From Pseudomonadota bacterium (GTDB lineage: Bacteria; Pseudomonadota; Alphaproteobacteria; Paracaedibacterales; CAIOTO01): a stretch of 64,000 nt of DNA. The notes under the pieces are model-generated. The model was given only the letters and a program-made list of their open reading frames with translations, did not search any database and was not told the origin of the DNA. Positions 41,745 to 53,575 of this stretch are shown here, in pieces (positions within the stretch are counted from its first letter, which is position 1; each line of letters opens with the position of its first letter). The translations under genes were made by a program, and so were the position numbers. The stretch lies in NCBI GenBank assembly GCA_040387495.1, contig JAZKDQ010000001.1:62001-126000 (forward strand), given 5' to 3'.

Positions 41745-42422
41745 ATGGGTCAAAAAGTAAATCCAATTGGGCTACGCCTCGGAATCAATAGAACATGGGA
41801 TTCACGTTGGTTTGCAAGCAAAGATTATGCGAAGTATTTGCATCAGGATTTCAAAATCCGCACATACATCAAAGATTCACTTGCACAAGCTGGTATCTCT
41901 AAGATTATTATTGAACGTCCTGCAAAAAAAGTTCGTGTAAACATTTATTCTGCACGTCCTGGCATATTGATTGGTAAAAAGGGTGCTGATATTGATAAAT
42001 TGAAGCAGACTCTTGCAAAAATGACAGGTGTTGAAGTTGCTGTTAATATCGTTGAAATCCGTAAACCGGAACTTGATGGTCAATTAATTGCCGACAATAT
42101 CTCACAACAAATTGAACGCCGCGTCTCATTTAGACGTGCTATGAAACGTGCAATGCAATCAACAATGCGCCAAGGTGCATTAGGGATTCGTGTTAACTGC
42201 GGTGGTCGCTTGGGCGGCGCTGAAATTGCACGTGTTGAATGGTACCGTGAAGGTCGCGTTCCACTACACACACTTCGGTCGGATATCGACTATGCTACCA
42301 GTGCTGCTAAAACAACATATGGTATCGTAGGTGTCAAAGTTTGGGTTTATAAAGGCGAAATTAAAGAGCACGACCCAATGGCACAAGATAAAAAGACAAC
42401 CGAATATATTGTAAACAAATAG
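41745..42422 (+). CDS. rpsC: 30S ribosomal protein S3
   Basis: [22 protein letters not shown]. Confidence 0.99.
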   Translation: MGQKVNPIGLRLGINRTWDSRWFASKDYAKYLHQDFKIRTYIKDSLAQAGISKIIIERPAKKVRVNIYSARPGILIGKKGADIDKLKQTLAKMTGVEVAVNIVEIRKPELDGQLIADNISQQIERRVSFRRAMKRAMQSTMRQGALGIRVNCGGRLGGAEIARVEWYREGRVPLHTLRSDIDYATSAAKTTYGIVGVKVWVYKGEIKEHDPMAQDKKTTEYIVNK

Positions 42423-42438
42423 AAATTTCGAGGCTGAT

Positions 42439-42849
42439 ATGCTATCACCTAAGAAAACCAAATTCCGGAAAGCCTTTAAAGGTAAAATTCACGGAGATGC
42501 CAAAGGCGGTACAACGCTAAACTTTGGTAGCTATGGTTTAAAGGCTCTTGAGCCAGCACGAATTACTGCCCGTCAAATCGAGGCAGCACGACGTGCAATT
42601 ACGAGACACATTCGACGCGTTGGACGTGTCTGGATCAGAATATTTCCAGACGTTCCTGTTTCGAGGAAGCCAGCTGAAGTCCGTATGGGCAGTGGTAAAG
42701 GTGCCCCCGAATTCTGGATTTGCCGTGTAAAACCGGGTCGTATCATGTTTGAATTAGAAGGTGTTGCACCTGAAATTGCTGAAGTAGCTTTTTCACTTGC
42801 ATCAGCGAAGCTTCCGATTCAGACAAAATTTGTTAAAAGAATAGTCTAG
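42439..42849 (+). CDS. rplP: 50S ribosomal protein L16
   Basis: [14 protein letters not shown]. Confidence 0.99.
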   Translation: MLSPKKTKFRKAFKGKIHGDAKGGTTLNFGSYGLKALEPARITARQIEAARRAITRHIRRVGRVWIRIFPDVPVSRKPAEVRMGSGKGAPEFWICRVKPGRIMFELEGVAPEIAEVAFSLASAKLPIQTKFVKRIV

Positions 42850-42866
42850 AACAGACGGAGTTAGTC

Positions 42867-43061
42867 ATGAAATTTGATGAAATGAAAAATTTGACTATTT
42901 CTGAACTGTATCAGAAAGCAGTTGATTTAAAAAAAGAAGCAATGAATATGCGTATTCTCAATGCTTCAGGTCAACAGGCAAATATGAATCGTATGCGTGA
43001 TATTCGTAAAGATGTTGCACGTATAAAGACACGTATTAATCAGCTGAAACAGTCAGCATAG
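42867..43061 (+). CDS. rpmC: 50S ribosomal protein L29
   Basis: IRKDVARIKT; position after rplP. Confidence 0.95.
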   Translation: MKFDEMKNLTISELYQKAVDLKKEAMNMRILNASGQQANMNRMRDIRKDVARIKTRINQLKQSA

Positions 43062-43076
43062 GGTAGGGAGCAAGCC

Positions 43077-43310
43077 ATGCCAAGGCGAGTACTTCAGGGT
43101 GTAGTTGTAAGCGATAAAGCGGATAAAACCGTTACTGTTCGCGTAGAAAGCAACATAATGCATCCTGTATATAAAAAATATATTAAAAGGCATAAAAAAT
43201 ATGCCGCTCATGATGAAGCAAATGCTTATAAAATGGGTGAAAACGTTAGAATCATCGAATCAGCACCAATTTCTAAGTCTAAGAAATGGGTTGTTGAGGG
43301 CCGTGTGTAG
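43077..43310 (+). CDS. rpsQ: 30S ribosomal protein S17
   Basis: [18 protein letters not shown]. Confidence 0.99.
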   Translation: MPRRVLQGVVVSDKADKTVTVRVESNIMHPVYKKYIKRHKKYAAHDEANAYKMGENVRIIESAPISKSKKWVVEGRV

Positions 43311-43322
43311 AGAGATTGAGCC

Positions 43323-43691
43323 ATGATTCAAACAGAAAGTCGTTTAGACGTTGCAGACAATTCCGGAGCTAAGGAAGTTCTCTGCATTAAAGTTCTTGGT
43401 GGTTCCAAGCGCCGTTACGCTTCAGTAGGTGACATTATTGTCGTTTCCATTAAAGATGCTATGCCACGTGGCAAAGTAAAAAAGGGAGACGTTCATCGTG
43501 CCGTTATTGTTCGTACACGCCAAGCCATTAAGCGTCCTGACGGATCACTTATTGCTTTTGACCAAAACGCTGCCGTTTTGATTAATAAGCAAGGTGAACC
43601 AATTGGTAGCCGTATTTTCGGCCCAGTTACACGCGAATTGCGTGGCGCAGGATATATGAAAATTATTTCACTTGCACCAGAGGTTTTGTAA
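43323..43691 (+). CDS. rplN: 50S ribosomal protein L14
   Basis: [17 protein letters not shown]. Confidence 0.99.
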   Translation: MIQTESRLDVADNSGAKEVLCIKVLGGSKRRYASVGDIIVVSIKDAMPRGKVKKGDVHRAVIVRTRQAIKRPDGSLIAFDQNAAVLINKQGEPIGSRIFGPVTRELRGAGYMKIISLAPEVL

Positions 43692-44011
43692 TGACACAAT
43701 TACGTTTCAAAATAAAAAAAGGTGACCTAGTACAGGTTACTACTGGTAAAAACAAGGGTCTTCGTGGTACTGTTCAAAAAGTTCTTTTGAGTGAAGCACG
43801 TGTGATTGTTGAGGGGATTAATCAAGTAACCCGCCATATCCGCCCAAGTCAACAGAATCCATCTGGATCAATAACAAAAACATTGCCAATTCATATTTCC
43901 AATGTTTCTGTTCTAGACCCATCTACTGATGCTCCGTCAAAGGTAGGATTTAAAGTTAACCCTGATGGTACAAAAATTAGGATCTTTAAAAAATCAGGGC
44001 AACCTGTATAA
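43691..44011 (+). CDS. rplX: 50S ribosomal protein L24
   Basis: KOW motif KKGD.V.V..GK.KG, PIHISNV. Confidence 0.98.
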   Translation: MTQLRFKIKKGDLVQVTTGKNKGLRGTVQKVLLSEARVIVEGINQVTRHIRPSQQNPSGSITKTLPIHISNVSVLDPSTDAPSKVGFKVNPDGTKIRIFKKSGQPV

Positions 44012-44061
44012 AGACTAATTAATGACCGGAAGCTTGCCATAGGTAAAGAAAGTTAAGTATT

Positions 44062-44601
44062 ATGACTGGCTTAAAGTTAAAATATGAAAAGGAAATCAAA
44101 CCTCAGCTCATGAAAGAGCTTGGTCTTGATAACGTAATGCGCTTGCCGCGCGTTACAAAAGTTGTCATCAACATGAGTGTTGGTGAAGCAGTGAGTGATA
44201 GTAAAAAATTGCAATTTGCGGTTGATGATTTGATGTCAATTGCAGGTCAAAAACCAATTATTACAAAAGCAAAAAAATCCATTGCAGGTTTTAAACTGCG
44301 TGAAGGTATGTCAATTGGTGCAAAGGTAACTTTGCGTAATGACCGTATGTATGAGTTTCTTGATCGTTTGATCAATATAGCTATGCCACGTATTCGTGAC
44401 TTCCGTGGATTATCAAGTCGTAGTTTTGATGGAAATGGTAATTATTCTTTGGGTATCAAAGAACAAATCGTATTTCCTGAAATTAACTATGATAAGGTTG
44501 ATAAAGTTCGTGGTTTTGATGTTACTGTTTGTACAACGGCACAAAATGATAAAGAGGCTTTAGCTCTGCTAAAAGCCATGAACTTCCCTTTTACACGGTA
44601 A
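44062..44601 (+). CDS. rplE: 50S ribosomal protein L5
   Basis: [21 protein letters not shown]. Confidence 0.99.
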   Translation: MTGLKLKYEKEIKPQLMKELGLDNVMRLPRVTKVVINMSVGEAVSDSKKLQFAVDDLMSIAGQKPIITKAKKSIAGFKLREGMSIGAKVTLRNDRMYEFLDRLINIAMPRIRDFRGLSSRSFDGNGNYSLGIKEQIVFPEINYDKVDKVRGFDVTVCTTAQNDKEALALLKAMNFPFTR

Positions 44602-44611
44602 GGATTGAAAA

Positions 44612-44917
44612 ATGGCAAAGAAAAGTTCCATAGAGAACAACCTAAAACGGCGTCGTACCGTGGCTTCAAAAGTGGCCTCACGTGCGATTTTGTCGGCAAT
44701 TGTTAATGATAAGCAAGCTTCATTCGAAGACCGAATTTCTGCTGTGCATAAATTAGCTGAAATGCCACGTAATTCATCGGCTACACGCGTTCGCAATCGT
44801 TGCGAATTAACGGGACGCGCACGTGGCTATTATCGTAAATTCCAAGTTTCTCGTATTGCATTGCGTGAACTCGGTAATCAGGGTTTAATTCCAGGCATCA
44901 CGAAGGCGAGTTGGTAA
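44612..44917 (+). CDS. rpsN: 30S ribosomal protein S14 (long, zinc-free type)
   Basis: RVRNRCELTGR, IPGITKASW. Confidence 0.99.
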   Translation: MAKKSSIENNLKRRRTVASKVASRAILSAIVNDKQASFEDRISAVHKLAEMPRNSSATRVRNRCELTGRARGYYRKFQVSRIALRELGNQGLIPGITKASW

Positions 44918-44918
44918 A

Positions 44919-45317
44919 ATGACAATAACAGATCCAATTAGCGATATGTTGACCCGTATACGCAATGCGCATAGAGCGCAGAAGCCAACGGTTAGCATGC
45001 CCGCATCAAAAGAAAAAGAAGCAATACTAAGCGTTCTTCAATCTGAAGGTTATATTCGTGGATTTTCACGTTCTAACGTTCGCCCAGGCATTGATCTTAT
45101 TAATGTTGAATTGAAATATTATGAAGGAAATCCTGTTATTAGCACAATTGAACGCAAATCAAAGCCAGGTCGTCGAGTTTATGTTGCTGTTGCAGACATT
45201 AAACCAATTGCAAACGGTCTTGGTATCAATATCCTATCAACGTCACAAGGCATCATGTCTGATGTACAAGCGCGACAGTTGAATATGGGTGGCGAATTGA
45301 TCTGTTCTGTATTTTAG
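44919..45317 (+). CDS. rpsH: 30S ribosomal protein S8
   Basis: DPISDMLTRIRNA, SKPGRRVY. Confidence 0.99.
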   Translation: MTITDPISDMLTRIRNAHRAQKPTVSMPASKEKEAILSVLQSEGYIRGFSRSNVRPGIDLINVELKYYEGNPVISTIERKSKPGRRVYVAVADIKPIANGLGINILSTSQGIMSDVQARQLNMGGELICSVF

Positions 45318-45328
45318 GAGGAATCAAT

Positions 45329-45862
45329 ATGTCACGCGTCGGCAAAAACGAAATAGTATTACCAAATGATGTTACTTTCGCAAATGACAATGGTCGTTTG
45401 ACTGTAAAAGGCAAGTTTGGTACTGAATCATACACCCTTCCTGAGTGTGTTACATTCGAAAAAACAGATAACAGCATTAAGCTGCAACCAAAAGATCAAT
45501 CAATGCGCGTTCGTTCACTTTGGGGTACAGCGCAACGTACAGTAGCCAATATGGTTAAAGGCGTAAGCGCTGGATTTACGGTAAATCTTGCACTTGTTGG
45601 TGTTGGTTACAGAGCAAGTGTTACTGGTAATAAAATTACTCTTCAGCTTGGCTTTAGCCATGATGTTGTGTATGATTTGCCAGAAGGTATAAGCGCTAAA
45701 TGTGAAAAGCCAACCGAGATTGCCATTACTGGATCAAGTAAGCAACAAGTTGGGCAGATTGCAGCAGAAATTCGTAATTACAGGAAGCCAGAGCCATATA
45801 AAGGCAAGGGCGTGATCCGTGAGAATGAATATGTTGTTAGAAAAGAAGGGAAGAAGAAGTAA
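45329..45862 (+). CDS. rplF: 50S ribosomal protein L6
   Basis: [14 protein letters not shown]. Confidence 0.99.
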   Translation: MSRVGKNEIVLPNDVTFANDNGRLTVKGKFGTESYTLPECVTFEKTDNSIKLQPKDQSMRVRSLWGTAQRTVANMVKGVSAGFTVNLALVGVGYRASVTGNKITLQLGFSHDVVYDLPEGISAKCEKPTEIAITGSSKQQVGQIAAEIRNYRKPEPYKGKGVIRENEYVVRKEGKKK

Positions 45863-46224
45863 TGATAACTTCCATAGAGCTCCGTCAACGTCGTAAACAA
45901 CGCCAACGGACAAAAATTCGTCTTGTTTCAGCTGGTCGCTTACGGTTGTCGGTACATCGTACGAATCAGCACATGTATGCGCAGATTATTGATGACAAAA
46001 ATTCTGTAACACTTGCTTCAGCATCTACACTTTCAAAAGAAGTTAAAGCTGCCGTAAAATCAGGTGGTACAAAAGAAGCAGCAACACTTGTTGGTAAAAT
46101 ATTAGCTACAATCGCACAGAAAAAAGGTATTACCGAGGTGGTTTTTGATCGCTCTGGTTTTATTTATCATGGTCGCATTCAGGCACTTGCTGAAAGCGCT
46201 CGCGAGCACGGCTTAGTTTTTTAG
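45862..46224 (+). CDS. rplR: 50S ribosomal protein L18
   Basis: [25 protein letters not shown]. Confidence 0.99.
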   Translation: MITSIELRQRRKQRQRTKIRLVSAGRLRLSVHRTNQHMYAQIIDDKNSVTLASASTLSKEVKAAVKSGGTKEAATLVGKILATIAQKKGITEVVFDRSGFIYHGRIQALAESAREHGLVF

Positions 46225-46235
46225 GATAGATAGAT

Positions 46236-46802
46236 ATGGCACGAAATACATCAGAGCAACGTGGTGACGAGCAGTTTGTAGAAAAGCTCGTTAGCGTTCG
46301 TCGTGTTACAAAGGTTGTTAAAGGTGGTAAAATTCTCCGCTTTTCAGCACTTGTAATTGTAGGTGACGGTAAGGGTCGCGTAGGTTTTGCCTCTGGCAAA
46401 GCACGTGAAGTTCCTGATGCTGTTAAAAAAGCAGTTGATAAAGCGAAAAAGACAATGATTCGCGTTCCACTACGTGAAGGTCGCACATTGCACCATGATG
46501 TACGTGGTCGTGATGGTGCGGGCGAGGTTTTCTTACGTTCAGCTCCAGCTGGTACCGGCGTTATTGCTGGTGGTCCAATGCGCGCAGTATTTGAAGCATT
46601 AGGTCTTCATGATGTTGTGAGTAAATCAGTAGGCAGTACAAACTATCACAATATGGTTCGTGCTACATTTGATGCACTAAGATCAGTAAATTCACCGCGT
46701 TCAGTTGCGAATAAGCTTGGTAAAAAGCTTGGCGAAATTGTCGCACGTCGTGAAAACACTGGCGCAAAGATCGCTTCTAAAGAAGCGGCGAAAGGTGAGT
46801 AA
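46236..46802 (+). CDS. rpsE: 30S ribosomal protein S5
   Basis: [17 protein letters not shown]. Confidence 0.99.
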   Translation: MARNTSEQRGDEQFVEKLVSVRRVTKVVKGGKILRFSALVIVGDGKGRVGFASGKAREVPDAVKKAVDKAKKTMIRVPLREGRTLHHDVRGRDGAGEVFLRSAPAGTGVIAGGPMRAVFEALGLHDVVSKSVGSTNYHNMVRATFDALRSVNSPRSVANKLGKKLGEIVARRENTGAKIASKEAAKGE

Positions 46803-46804
46803 TC

Positions 46805-47011
46805 ATGGCTGAAAAAAAGAAAAATGCAACTCCAAATACCATTACGGTAAAGCAAATTGGCAGCCCACAACGTCGTGAAGCTGTTCAACGTGAATACCTT
46901 AAAGGATTGGGTTTGGGTAAGATGAACCGAGTTCGTGAACTCCAAGATACACCAGGTGTACGTGGCCTTTTAATTAAAGCTGCACACATGGTAGAAATTC
47001 TCGAGAATTAA
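46805..47011 (+). CDS. rpmD: 50S ribosomal protein L30
   Basis: LKGLGL.KMNR, DTP.VRG. Confidence 0.96.
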   Translation: MAEKKKNATPNTITVKQIGSPQRREAVQREYLKGLGLGKMNRVRELQDTPGVRGLLIKAAHMVEILEN

Positions 47012-47013
47012 TC

Positions 47014-47478
47014 ATGCAACAATTTCGTATTAATGAATTAAGTGACAACAAGGGTGCGCGTACAGTACGTAAGCTCCTTGGACGCGGTCTTGGATCTGGT
47101 CTTGGTAAGACATCTGGACGTGGTGGTAAAGGTCAGACAGCTCGTAATGGTTGTGCTATGAATGGTTTTGAAGGTGGTCAAACACCACTCTATCGTCGTT
47201 TGCCAAAGCGCGGATTTAAGAACATTCATGCATTGCCAATGGCTGAAATTGATTTCAACATGATCAATGTAATGATTGATAATGGAACTATTAAAGCTGG
47301 TGATCGTATAGATCTTGAATTTTTAAAGAATCAAGACCTTGTACAACACAAAGTTCGCGTGCTAAGTTTACTAGGTAATGGTGAACCAAAAGCAAAAATA
47401 ATACTGGCTGTCACTCGTGCTACTTCCAAGGCTAAGGAAATAGCTTCGAACGCTGGTATTACTCTAGAAATGGAATAA
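47014..47478 (+). CDS. rplO: 50S ribosomal protein L15
   Basis: GRG.GSG.GKTSGRG.KGQ, FEGGQTPLYRRLPKRGF. Confidence 0.99.
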   Translation: MQQFRINELSDNKGARTVRKLLGRGLGSGLGKTSGRGGKGQTARNGCAMNGFEGGQTPLYRRLPKRGFKNIHALPMAEIDFNMINVMIDNGTIKAGDRIDLEFLKNQDLVQHKVRVLSLLGNGEPKAKIILAVTRATSKAKEIASNAGITLEME

Positions 47479-47488
47479 GGAAATACAT

Positions 47489-48838
47489 ATGTCCTCAGCA
47501 ATTGAGCAACTCGCATCAGGAATTTCATTTGCCTCGTTTTCGAAGGCTGAAGATCTTAAAAAGCGTATCATGTTTACGCTTGGTGCACTCATCATCTTTC
47601 GTTTGGGGACATATATCACTATTCCGGGAATAAACCCCCTTATTATTGAAGAATTTACCCGTTCACACTCTGGCGGTATCCTTGGTATTTTGGATATGTT
47701 TTCAGGTGGCGCAATTGGTCGTATGACAATTTTCTCTTTGAACATTATGCCTTATATTTCGGCAAGTATTATTGTTCAATTGATGACAACAATTTCACCA
47801 CATCTTGAAGCTTTGAAAAAAGAAGGTGAATCTGGGCGTAAGAAATTAAATCAGTACACACGTTATGGTACCGTATTCCTTGCTGTTATTCAGGGGTATG
47901 GCATTGCGATTGGACTTGAAAAAATGTCTGGTTATTCTGGGGCAGCTGTTATGGATCCTGGGTTCTTTTTCCGACTATCGACGGTTGTTACACTAACTGG
48001 TGGTACAATGGTTCTTGTTTGGTTAGGTGAACAAATTACCTCACGCGGCATTGGAAATGGAACATCACTTATTATTTTCTCAGGTATCGTTGCCAACTTA
48101 CCGCAAGCACTTGTTCAAACACTTCAGCTTGGCCAACAAGGTTCTTTGTCTACCTTTATTATTATTGGCGTGCTCTTCATGGTTGTTACAGTGATTGGCT
48201 ATATCGTATTTATGGAAAAGGCGCAGCGCCGTATCCCTATACAATATCCAAAACGTCAGATGGCTGCAAATATGCCGGCAACAAGTCAATCAACTCATTT
48301 GCCGCTTAAGATTAATAGTGCTGGTGTGATCCCACCAATCTTTGCATCATCAATTTTATTGATGCCAACGACTGTTATTGGGTTTGCTGGTGCTGGTGAT
48401 CCAAATTCTATTTGGACAAAGCTTGCTGGTATTATGGCGCATGGCCAACCGGTTTATATGTGTTGTTTCGTAGCAATGATTGTCTTTTTTGCTTTCTTCT
48501 ATACAGCGATTATGTTTAATCCAGCTGAAACAGCAGAAAACCTAAGAAAGTCAGGCAGCTATATACCAGGTATTCGTCCTGGTGCGCAAACTGCTGAATA
48601 TATTGACTATGTTATGACACGTTTGACAGTTGTGGGCGCATTTTATCTAGCCTCAATTTGTATCTTGCCAGAAATTATATTGTCGCAAGTTTCATTGCCC
48701 TTTTATTTTGGTGGAACAAGTATTTTGATTGTTGTTACAACAACAATTGATACAATTGGACAAGTTCAATCGCATCTTGTTGCCCATCAATATGAAGGTC
48801 TGATTAAAAAAGCCCGTTCGAAGGGAACACTTGTCTAA
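47489..48838 (+). CDS. secY: Preprotein translocase subunit SecY
   Basis: IMPYISASII, GIGNGTSLII, IPGIRPG, GGTS.LIVV. Confidence 0.99.
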   Translation: MSSAIEQLASGISFASFSKAEDLKKRIMFTLGALIIFRLGTYITIPGINPLIIEEFTRSHSGGILGILDMFSGGAIGRMTIFSLNIMPYISASIIVQLMTTISPHLEALKKEGESGRKKLNQYTRYGTVFLAVIQGYGIAIGLEKMSGYSGAAVMDPGFFFRLSTVVTLTGGTMVLVWLGEQITSRGIGNGTSLIIFSGIVANLPQALVQTLQLGQQGSLSTFIIIGVLFMVVTVIGYIVFMEKAQRRIPIQYPKRQMAANMPATSQSTHLPLKINSAGVIPPIFASSILLMPTTVIGFAGAGDPNSIWTKLAGIMAHGQPVYMCCFVAMIVFFAFFYTAIMFNPAETAENLRKSGSYIPGIRPGAQTAEYIDYVMTRLTVVGAFYLASICILPEIILSQVSLPFYFGGTSILIVVTTTIDTIGQVQSHLVAHQYEGLIKKARSKGTLV

Positions 48839-48840
48839 CT

Positions 48841-49482
48841 ATGAATTTTATTGTATTTCTAGGTGCGCCTGGCTCAGGCAAAGGTACTCAAGCTCAGAAT
48901 TTGGTTTTAACATACCCGGACAAGTTTGCTCACATATCCACTGGTGACTTGCTTCGTCAAGAGGTAAAAAAGAAATCTGAGGCTGCGCTGCGACTTCAGA
49001 TTGATCTTGCTGCAGGGAACTTTATATCAGATGATATAATATTCGATTTGTTGGAAGAAAAAATTAAGACTATTAATGATAGTAAAAAAATTATCCTTGA
49101 TGGTTTTCCAAGAACTTTTGATCAAGCACAACGATTGTTAGATTTTGTAAAAAAAACTGGCAAACAGCTTGAAAAGGTTGTATACTTTGGCATCGCTGAT
49201 GAGCTTTTGTTTGATCGATTGTCAGGTCGGATGACATGTAATGAGTGTGGTGCTGTTTATCACCAGACTGCTATGCCTGAGCGTTGTGGCTGTGGAAGTA
49301 CTAGTTTCAGAGCTCGAGCTGATGACAATGAAAATGTTATTCGAAATCGGCTTGAAATATTTCATGCAGAAACAGAGCCACTTGTGTCCTACTACGAAGC
49401 ACAAAGGGTGTTGTTTAGGGTTGATGCTACTCAATCCATTGATGGCATTAAACAAGAATTATTAAAAGTATTAGGATTATAG
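48841..49482 (+). CDS. adk: Adenylate kinase
   Basis: GAPGSGKGTQ, ISTGDLLR, LDGFPR, Cys-containing LID. Confidence 0.97.
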   Translation: MNFIVFLGAPGSGKGTQAQNLVLTYPDKFAHISTGDLLRQEVKKKSEAALRLQIDLAAGNFISDDIIFDLLEEKIKTINDSKKIILDGFPRTFDQAQRLLDFVKKTGKQLEKVVYFGIADELLFDRLSGRMTCNECGAVYHQTAMPERCGCGSTSFRARADDNENVIRNRLEIFHAETEPLVSYYEAQRVLFRVDATQSIDGIKQELLKVLGL

Positions 49483-49506
49483 TTGCTAACTAAGGAGTTA
49501 AAATAG

Positions 49507-49884
49507 ATGGCACGTATTGCTGGTGTAAACGTACCGACGCAAAAGAAAGTCGTTATAGGGCTTACTTATATTTATGGAATTGGTTTGGTTCGCGCCAATC
49601 AAATCATGAAAGATTTAGAAATTGATATGACAAAAAGAGTCAATCAATTATCGGATCATGAAATTTTGAAGATTCGCGAATATATTGACGCGCACATTAA
49701 AGTTGAAGGCGATTTGAGACGTGAAGTTTCAATGAACGTAAAGCGTTTGATGGATTTAGGTTGCTATCGCGGCTTACGTCATCGTAAGGGTTTACCTGTT
49801 CGTGGTCAACGTACGCATACAAATGCGCGTACACGTAAAGGTAAAGCAGTTGCTATTGCCGGTAAGAAAAAAGTGACGAAGTAG
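49507..49884 (+). CDS. rpsM: 30S ribosomal protein S13
   Basis: [22 protein letters not shown]. Confidence 0.99.
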   Translation: MARIAGVNVPTQKKVVIGLTYIYGIGLVRANQIMKDLEIDMTKRVNQLSDHEILKIREYIDAHIKVEGDLRREVSMNVKRLMDLGCYRGLRHRKGLPVRGQRTHTNARTRKGKAVAIAGKKKVTK

Positions 49885-49895
49885 GATAGTTAGAA

Positions 49896-50288
49896 ATGGC
49901 ACAAAAAACAGTAGCACGCGTTAAGCGTCGTGAAAAAAAGAATGTTGTTAATGGCGTTGTGTACGTTAACTCAACATTTAATAACACATTGATAACAATT
50001 ACTGACGAACAAGGTAATGCGATCTCTTGGTCGACTGCTGGTATGATGGGTTTCAAGGGTGCACGTAAGTCTACACCTTATGCGGCTCAAGTTGCTGCAG
50101 AAGAAGCTGGTAAAAAAGCTGCTGAGCACGGATTGAAGAACGTTCGCGTAGTTGTATGTGGACCTGGTTCAGGTCGTGAGACTGCTTTGCGCGCTTTGCA
50201 ATCTCTTGGATATAATATAACGGCTGTACGTGATTCGACACCTGTTCCACATAATGGTTGTCGTCCTCCAAAAAGACGTCGGGTATAA
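49896..50288 (+). CDS. rpsK: 30S ribosomal protein S11
   Basis: [18 protein letters not shown]. Confidence 0.99.
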   Translation: MAQKTVARVKRREKKNVVNGVVYVNSTFNNTLITITDEQGNAISWSTAGMMGFKGARKSTPYAAQVAAEEAGKKAAEHGLKNVRVVVCGPGSGRETALRALQSLGYNITAVRDSTPVPHNGCRPPKRRRV

Positions 50289-50308
50289 TTTAGATAACGG
50301 GTGAAGTT

Positions 50309-51328
50309 GTGATCGAAAAAAACTGGCAGTCACTCATTAAAAGTGGCAAATTAGAAGTACACTATTTAACGCAAGATCTACGATCTGCTGAAATTATTGC
50401 AGAGCCACTAGAGTGCGGCTTTGGTATGACATTAGGTAATGCACTGAGACGTGTTTTGCTTTCGTCATTACAAGGTGCCGCAATTACTGCAGTAAAGATT
50501 GAAGGTGTTTTGCACGAATTTTCTGCTGTTCCTGGTGTTCGGGAAGATGTTACAGATATCGTTCTGAATTTAAAAACCATTTCTGTACGTATGCAAAATG
50601 AGTTGCCAAAGCGACTTCGTTTAAGCGTAAAGGGGCCTTGTGTAGTAAAAGCTAGTGACATTCAACCTGTTGCTGGAGTAGATATTCTTGATCCTGAGAC
50701 TGTTATCTGCACGCTTGATGAAGGTGCTCAGCTCAATATGGAATTTACTGTTCAAACAGGAAAAGGTTATGTTCCTGCTGCTCAACAGCAAATTGAAGAT
50801 AAACCGATTGGCCTTATACCAATAGATGCTATTTTCAGTCCAGTAAAACGAGTGATTTACCGCGTGGAACAAACGCGTGTTGGTCAACGTACCGACTATG
50901 ATAAATTGATCATGAGACTTGATACAGATGGTTCTATAAAGCCAGATGATGCGCTTGCATTTGCTGCGCGTATTATGCAGGATCAATTCCAACAATTTAT
51001 TAACTTTGAAGAGCCACAAGCGTTGGATTCAAAAGATAGTAAAGAACATATTACATTCAGCAAATATTTACTAAAGAAGGTTGATGAGTTAGAACTTTCT
51101 GTTCGCTCTGCAAATTGCTTGAAAACTGAGAATATATTTTACATTGGTGATTTAGTCCAGAAGTCTGAAGGCGAAATGCTTAAGACACCAAACTTTGGCC
51201 GTAAGTCTCTTAATGAAATAAAAGAAGTTCTTGCACATATGGGACTTGGTTTTGGAATGACTATTCCAAATTGGCCACCAGAAAATGTTGAAGAGCTTGC
51301 TCGTAGTATTGAAGACCCTTTTAATTAA
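50309..51328 (+). CDS. rpoA: RNA polymerase alpha subunit
   Basis: [31 protein letters not shown]. Confidence 0.99.
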   Translation: MIEKNWQSLIKSGKLEVHYLTQDLRSAEIIAEPLECGFGMTLGNALRRVLLSSLQGAAITAVKIEGVLHEFSAVPGVREDVTDIVLNLKTISVRMQNELPKRLRLSVKGPCVVKASDIQPVAGVDILDPETVICTLDEGAQLNMEFTVQTGKGYVPAAQQQIEDKPIGLIPIDAIFSPVKRVIYRVEQTRVGQRTDYDKLIMRLDTDGSIKPDDALAFAARIMQDQFQQFINFEEPQALDSKDSKEHITFSKYLLKKVDELELSVRSANCLKTENIFYIGDLVQKSEGEMLKTPNFGRKSLNEIKEVLAHMGLGFGMTIPNWPPENVEELARSIEDPFN

Positions 51329-51357
51329 GGTTTGATTTTAATTAAGGAATAGAAAAA

Positions 51358-51747
51358 ATGCGTCATAAAATTAGTGGTCGTAAACTAAATAGGACATCCT
51401 CGCACCGTAAAGCGATGTTTAAGAACATGGTTCAAGCACTTGTTGAGCATGAACATATTCAGACTACGTTGCCTAAGGCTAAGGAATTGCGCCCTATCGT
51501 TGAAAAATACATTACAATGTGCAAGTCAACTGATCTTGCAACACGTCGTTTGGCAATTTCACGCATCGGATCAGAAACTGCTGTAACAAAGCTTATGTCC
51601 GTGATATCACCACGCTTTAGTACACGTGCTGGTGGATATACCCGTATTGTTAAGGCTGGTTTCCGTTATGGTGATAATGCACCAATGGCTATTATTCAGT
51701 TGGTTGATTTTGATCCAACATCAGCAGCACAGATTGTTGAAAATTAA
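51358..51747 (+). CDS. rplQ: 50S ribosomal protein L17
   Basis: MRH....[16 protein letters not shown]. Confidence 0.99.
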   Translation: MRHKISGRKLNRTSSHRKAMFKNMVQALVEHEHIQTTLPKAKELRPIVEKYITMCKSTDLATRRLAISRIGSETAVTKLMSVISPRFSTRAGGYTRIVKAGFRYGDNAPMAIIQLVDFDPTSAAQIVEN

Positions 51748-51805
51748 TATATTTTTGAGTATTTTAGTTTAAAAAAGACTCAGTAGTTCTGTCTTTCAAA
51801 TTCAA

Positions 51806-53425
51806 ATGAAAATATTTTTTTTCTGCATTTTAGTATTTTGTTTATTATTGTCATCTGAAAGATCTGGTGTTTCCGAACGCCAGATCTTTTTTCATTTAGC
51901 GACTGGCAAAGAGCCTGTTTTAATTGAAAATTCTGACTACACAAAGCTGGATGATGAGGTATCTAAAGCGGTTGTTGATTTGCAAGTTGAAAGCGTTAAA
52001 AATGTTTATATCCAAAATCCCGTTTTTCAACAGTACTTTCGAACAATTGATCCTCGATCAGGAAAGCCGTTGCAGGAAATAATTAAATCAAGTGGATCAG
52101 CAGTCATTATTAGCGAAGATGGTTATGTACTTACATGCGGGCATGTTGTTTCAAATGCCGAGAAAATCACAATTCAACTACCAGATTATAGAAAATTTCA
52201 AGCAAAGGTAGTTGCACATTATCCCAAAATTGATCTTGCAATTTTGAAGATTGAAAATCCAAAAAATGCAAAATCTCCTTATTTACGAATTGGTTCACTG
52301 AGCGATGTTAAGCCTGGTGCGTTTGTTGCCGCAATAGGTAATGCCCTTAATAAGGGGCAAACATTTACGGACGGGCATGTTTCTGCAAAAAGACGTCGTT
52401 TGCTTAATCCGAGTACGGGTACCTCATTTATTGTTCTGCAGCACAACGTCGCTGTTAATCCAGGAAACTCAGGCGGTGCATTGGTCGACAGGCATGGGAA
52501 TTTGGTTGGGATTAATAATGCAATGTTAACAAATGCCAACGCAGTTGGTTTTTCAATTTCAGTTGACCTCATTAAAGATTATTTAAATAAGTACTTCAAT
52601 AAGATTGAGGGCTCTTCTTTTGGTCTATATGACATAAAATCGCTCGAGCAAACGGCTTTGGATAAGTTACATGAATCAGGATTCCCCTATGGTGGTGGAA
52701 TTGTAATTACAACGATTAAAGCAGATGCGCCTGCTAAGGATGCTGGCCTTTTACAGAATGATATCATTGTTTCAGTTGGTGGCACTCTTGTTGAGATGCC
52801 TGAAGATTTACGAATCAAAGAAGCTGTTCTTGAAGCAAATAAGTCTGTCGAAATGCTTATTTGGAGAGCTGGGAATATTTTTAAGTTATCTGCCAAGTCT
52901 ATTGTTCGTTCAAAAGAGGCGGCCTTAGAAAGAGTTGTTATTTCAGGGGATCACCCGTTGAATGGTATTCACGTTCTGGCATTAACACCTGAACTGGCCG
53001 TGAAAATGCGTATGCCATCGGAGAGTAGGGGGTTGCTCGTACTTAATGATTTAATCAATCATGATAATATCGCTGCTCTTAATTTTTTTGGAGGCGGCTT
53101 TTTTATAAAAAAGGGTGATTTGCTGACTAAGGTTAATGAACATAGACTAGAAAAGACTCGCGATCTAACTGAAGCATTGAAAGCCTTTTCTTCAAGCAAA
53201 ACCTTTTCCGTGCACCTTTTCCGTGAAGGGCAAGAAATACAGTTTTCTATAGATGGTTTCGCAAGGCCAGCTCCGCCACCTCTAGGTCAAGGCTTAAAAG
53301 GGCGGATTTGGTCTCCGGGGGTGCAAAGACAAGGTGATAAGCACAACAACAACCGACAAGAACAACTGAAGAGCCGGCTGCAAGAGTTATTTAAGGGGCA
53401 AGTGACTGAAGCAGCCCAGTACTAA
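51806..53425 (+). CDS. DegP/HtrA-family serine protease with two PDZ domains
   Basis: GSAVIIS.DG.VLT..HVV, DLAILKI, NPGNSGGALV; PDZ PA.DAGL...DII. Confidence 0.9.
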   Translation: MKIFFFCILVFCLLLSSERSGVSERQIFFHLATGKEPVLIENSDYTKLDDEVSKAVVDLQVESVKNVYIQNPVFQQYFRTIDPRSGKPLQEIIKSSGSAVIISEDGYVLTCGHVVSNAEKITIQLPDYRKFQAKVVAHYPKIDLAILKIENPKNAKSPYLRIGSLSDVKPGAFVAAIGNALNKGQTFTDGHVSAKRRRLLNPSTGTSFIVLQHNVAVNPGNSGGALVDRHGNLVGINNAMLTNANAVGFSISVDLIKDYLNKYFNKIEGSSFGLYDIKSLEQTALDKLHESGFPYGGGIVITTIKADAPAKDAGLLQNDIIVSVGGTLVEMPEDLRIKEAVLEANKSVEMLIWRAGNIFKLSAKSIVRSKEAALERVVISGDHPLNGIHVLALTPELAVKMRMPSESRGLLVLNDLINHDNIAALNFFGGGFFIKKGDLLTKVNEHRLEKTRDLTEALKAFSSSKTFSVHLFREGQEIQFSIDGFARPAPPPLGQGLKGRIWSPGVQRQGDKHNNNRQEQLKSRLQELFKGQVTEAAQY

Positions 53426-53575
53426 ACAATTTGCTTCTGATGCTGAAAGATTGAAGGACGAAAAGAAAAAGGAGATTAGCAGGGTTTTCAAAAATATTCC
53501 CTCGCAAATGGCTTGATTATTTTATTTATAGTATTTTGTCATTATTTGATATGCATTTTGTGCAGTGACTTTTTG

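Noticed and set aside
34147..51747. Many 60-140 aa antisense or alternate-frame ORFs over ribosomal, fusA, tuf and rpoA genes
   Set aside because: Shadow ORFs of conserved genes with biased codon usage; no SD or family signal.
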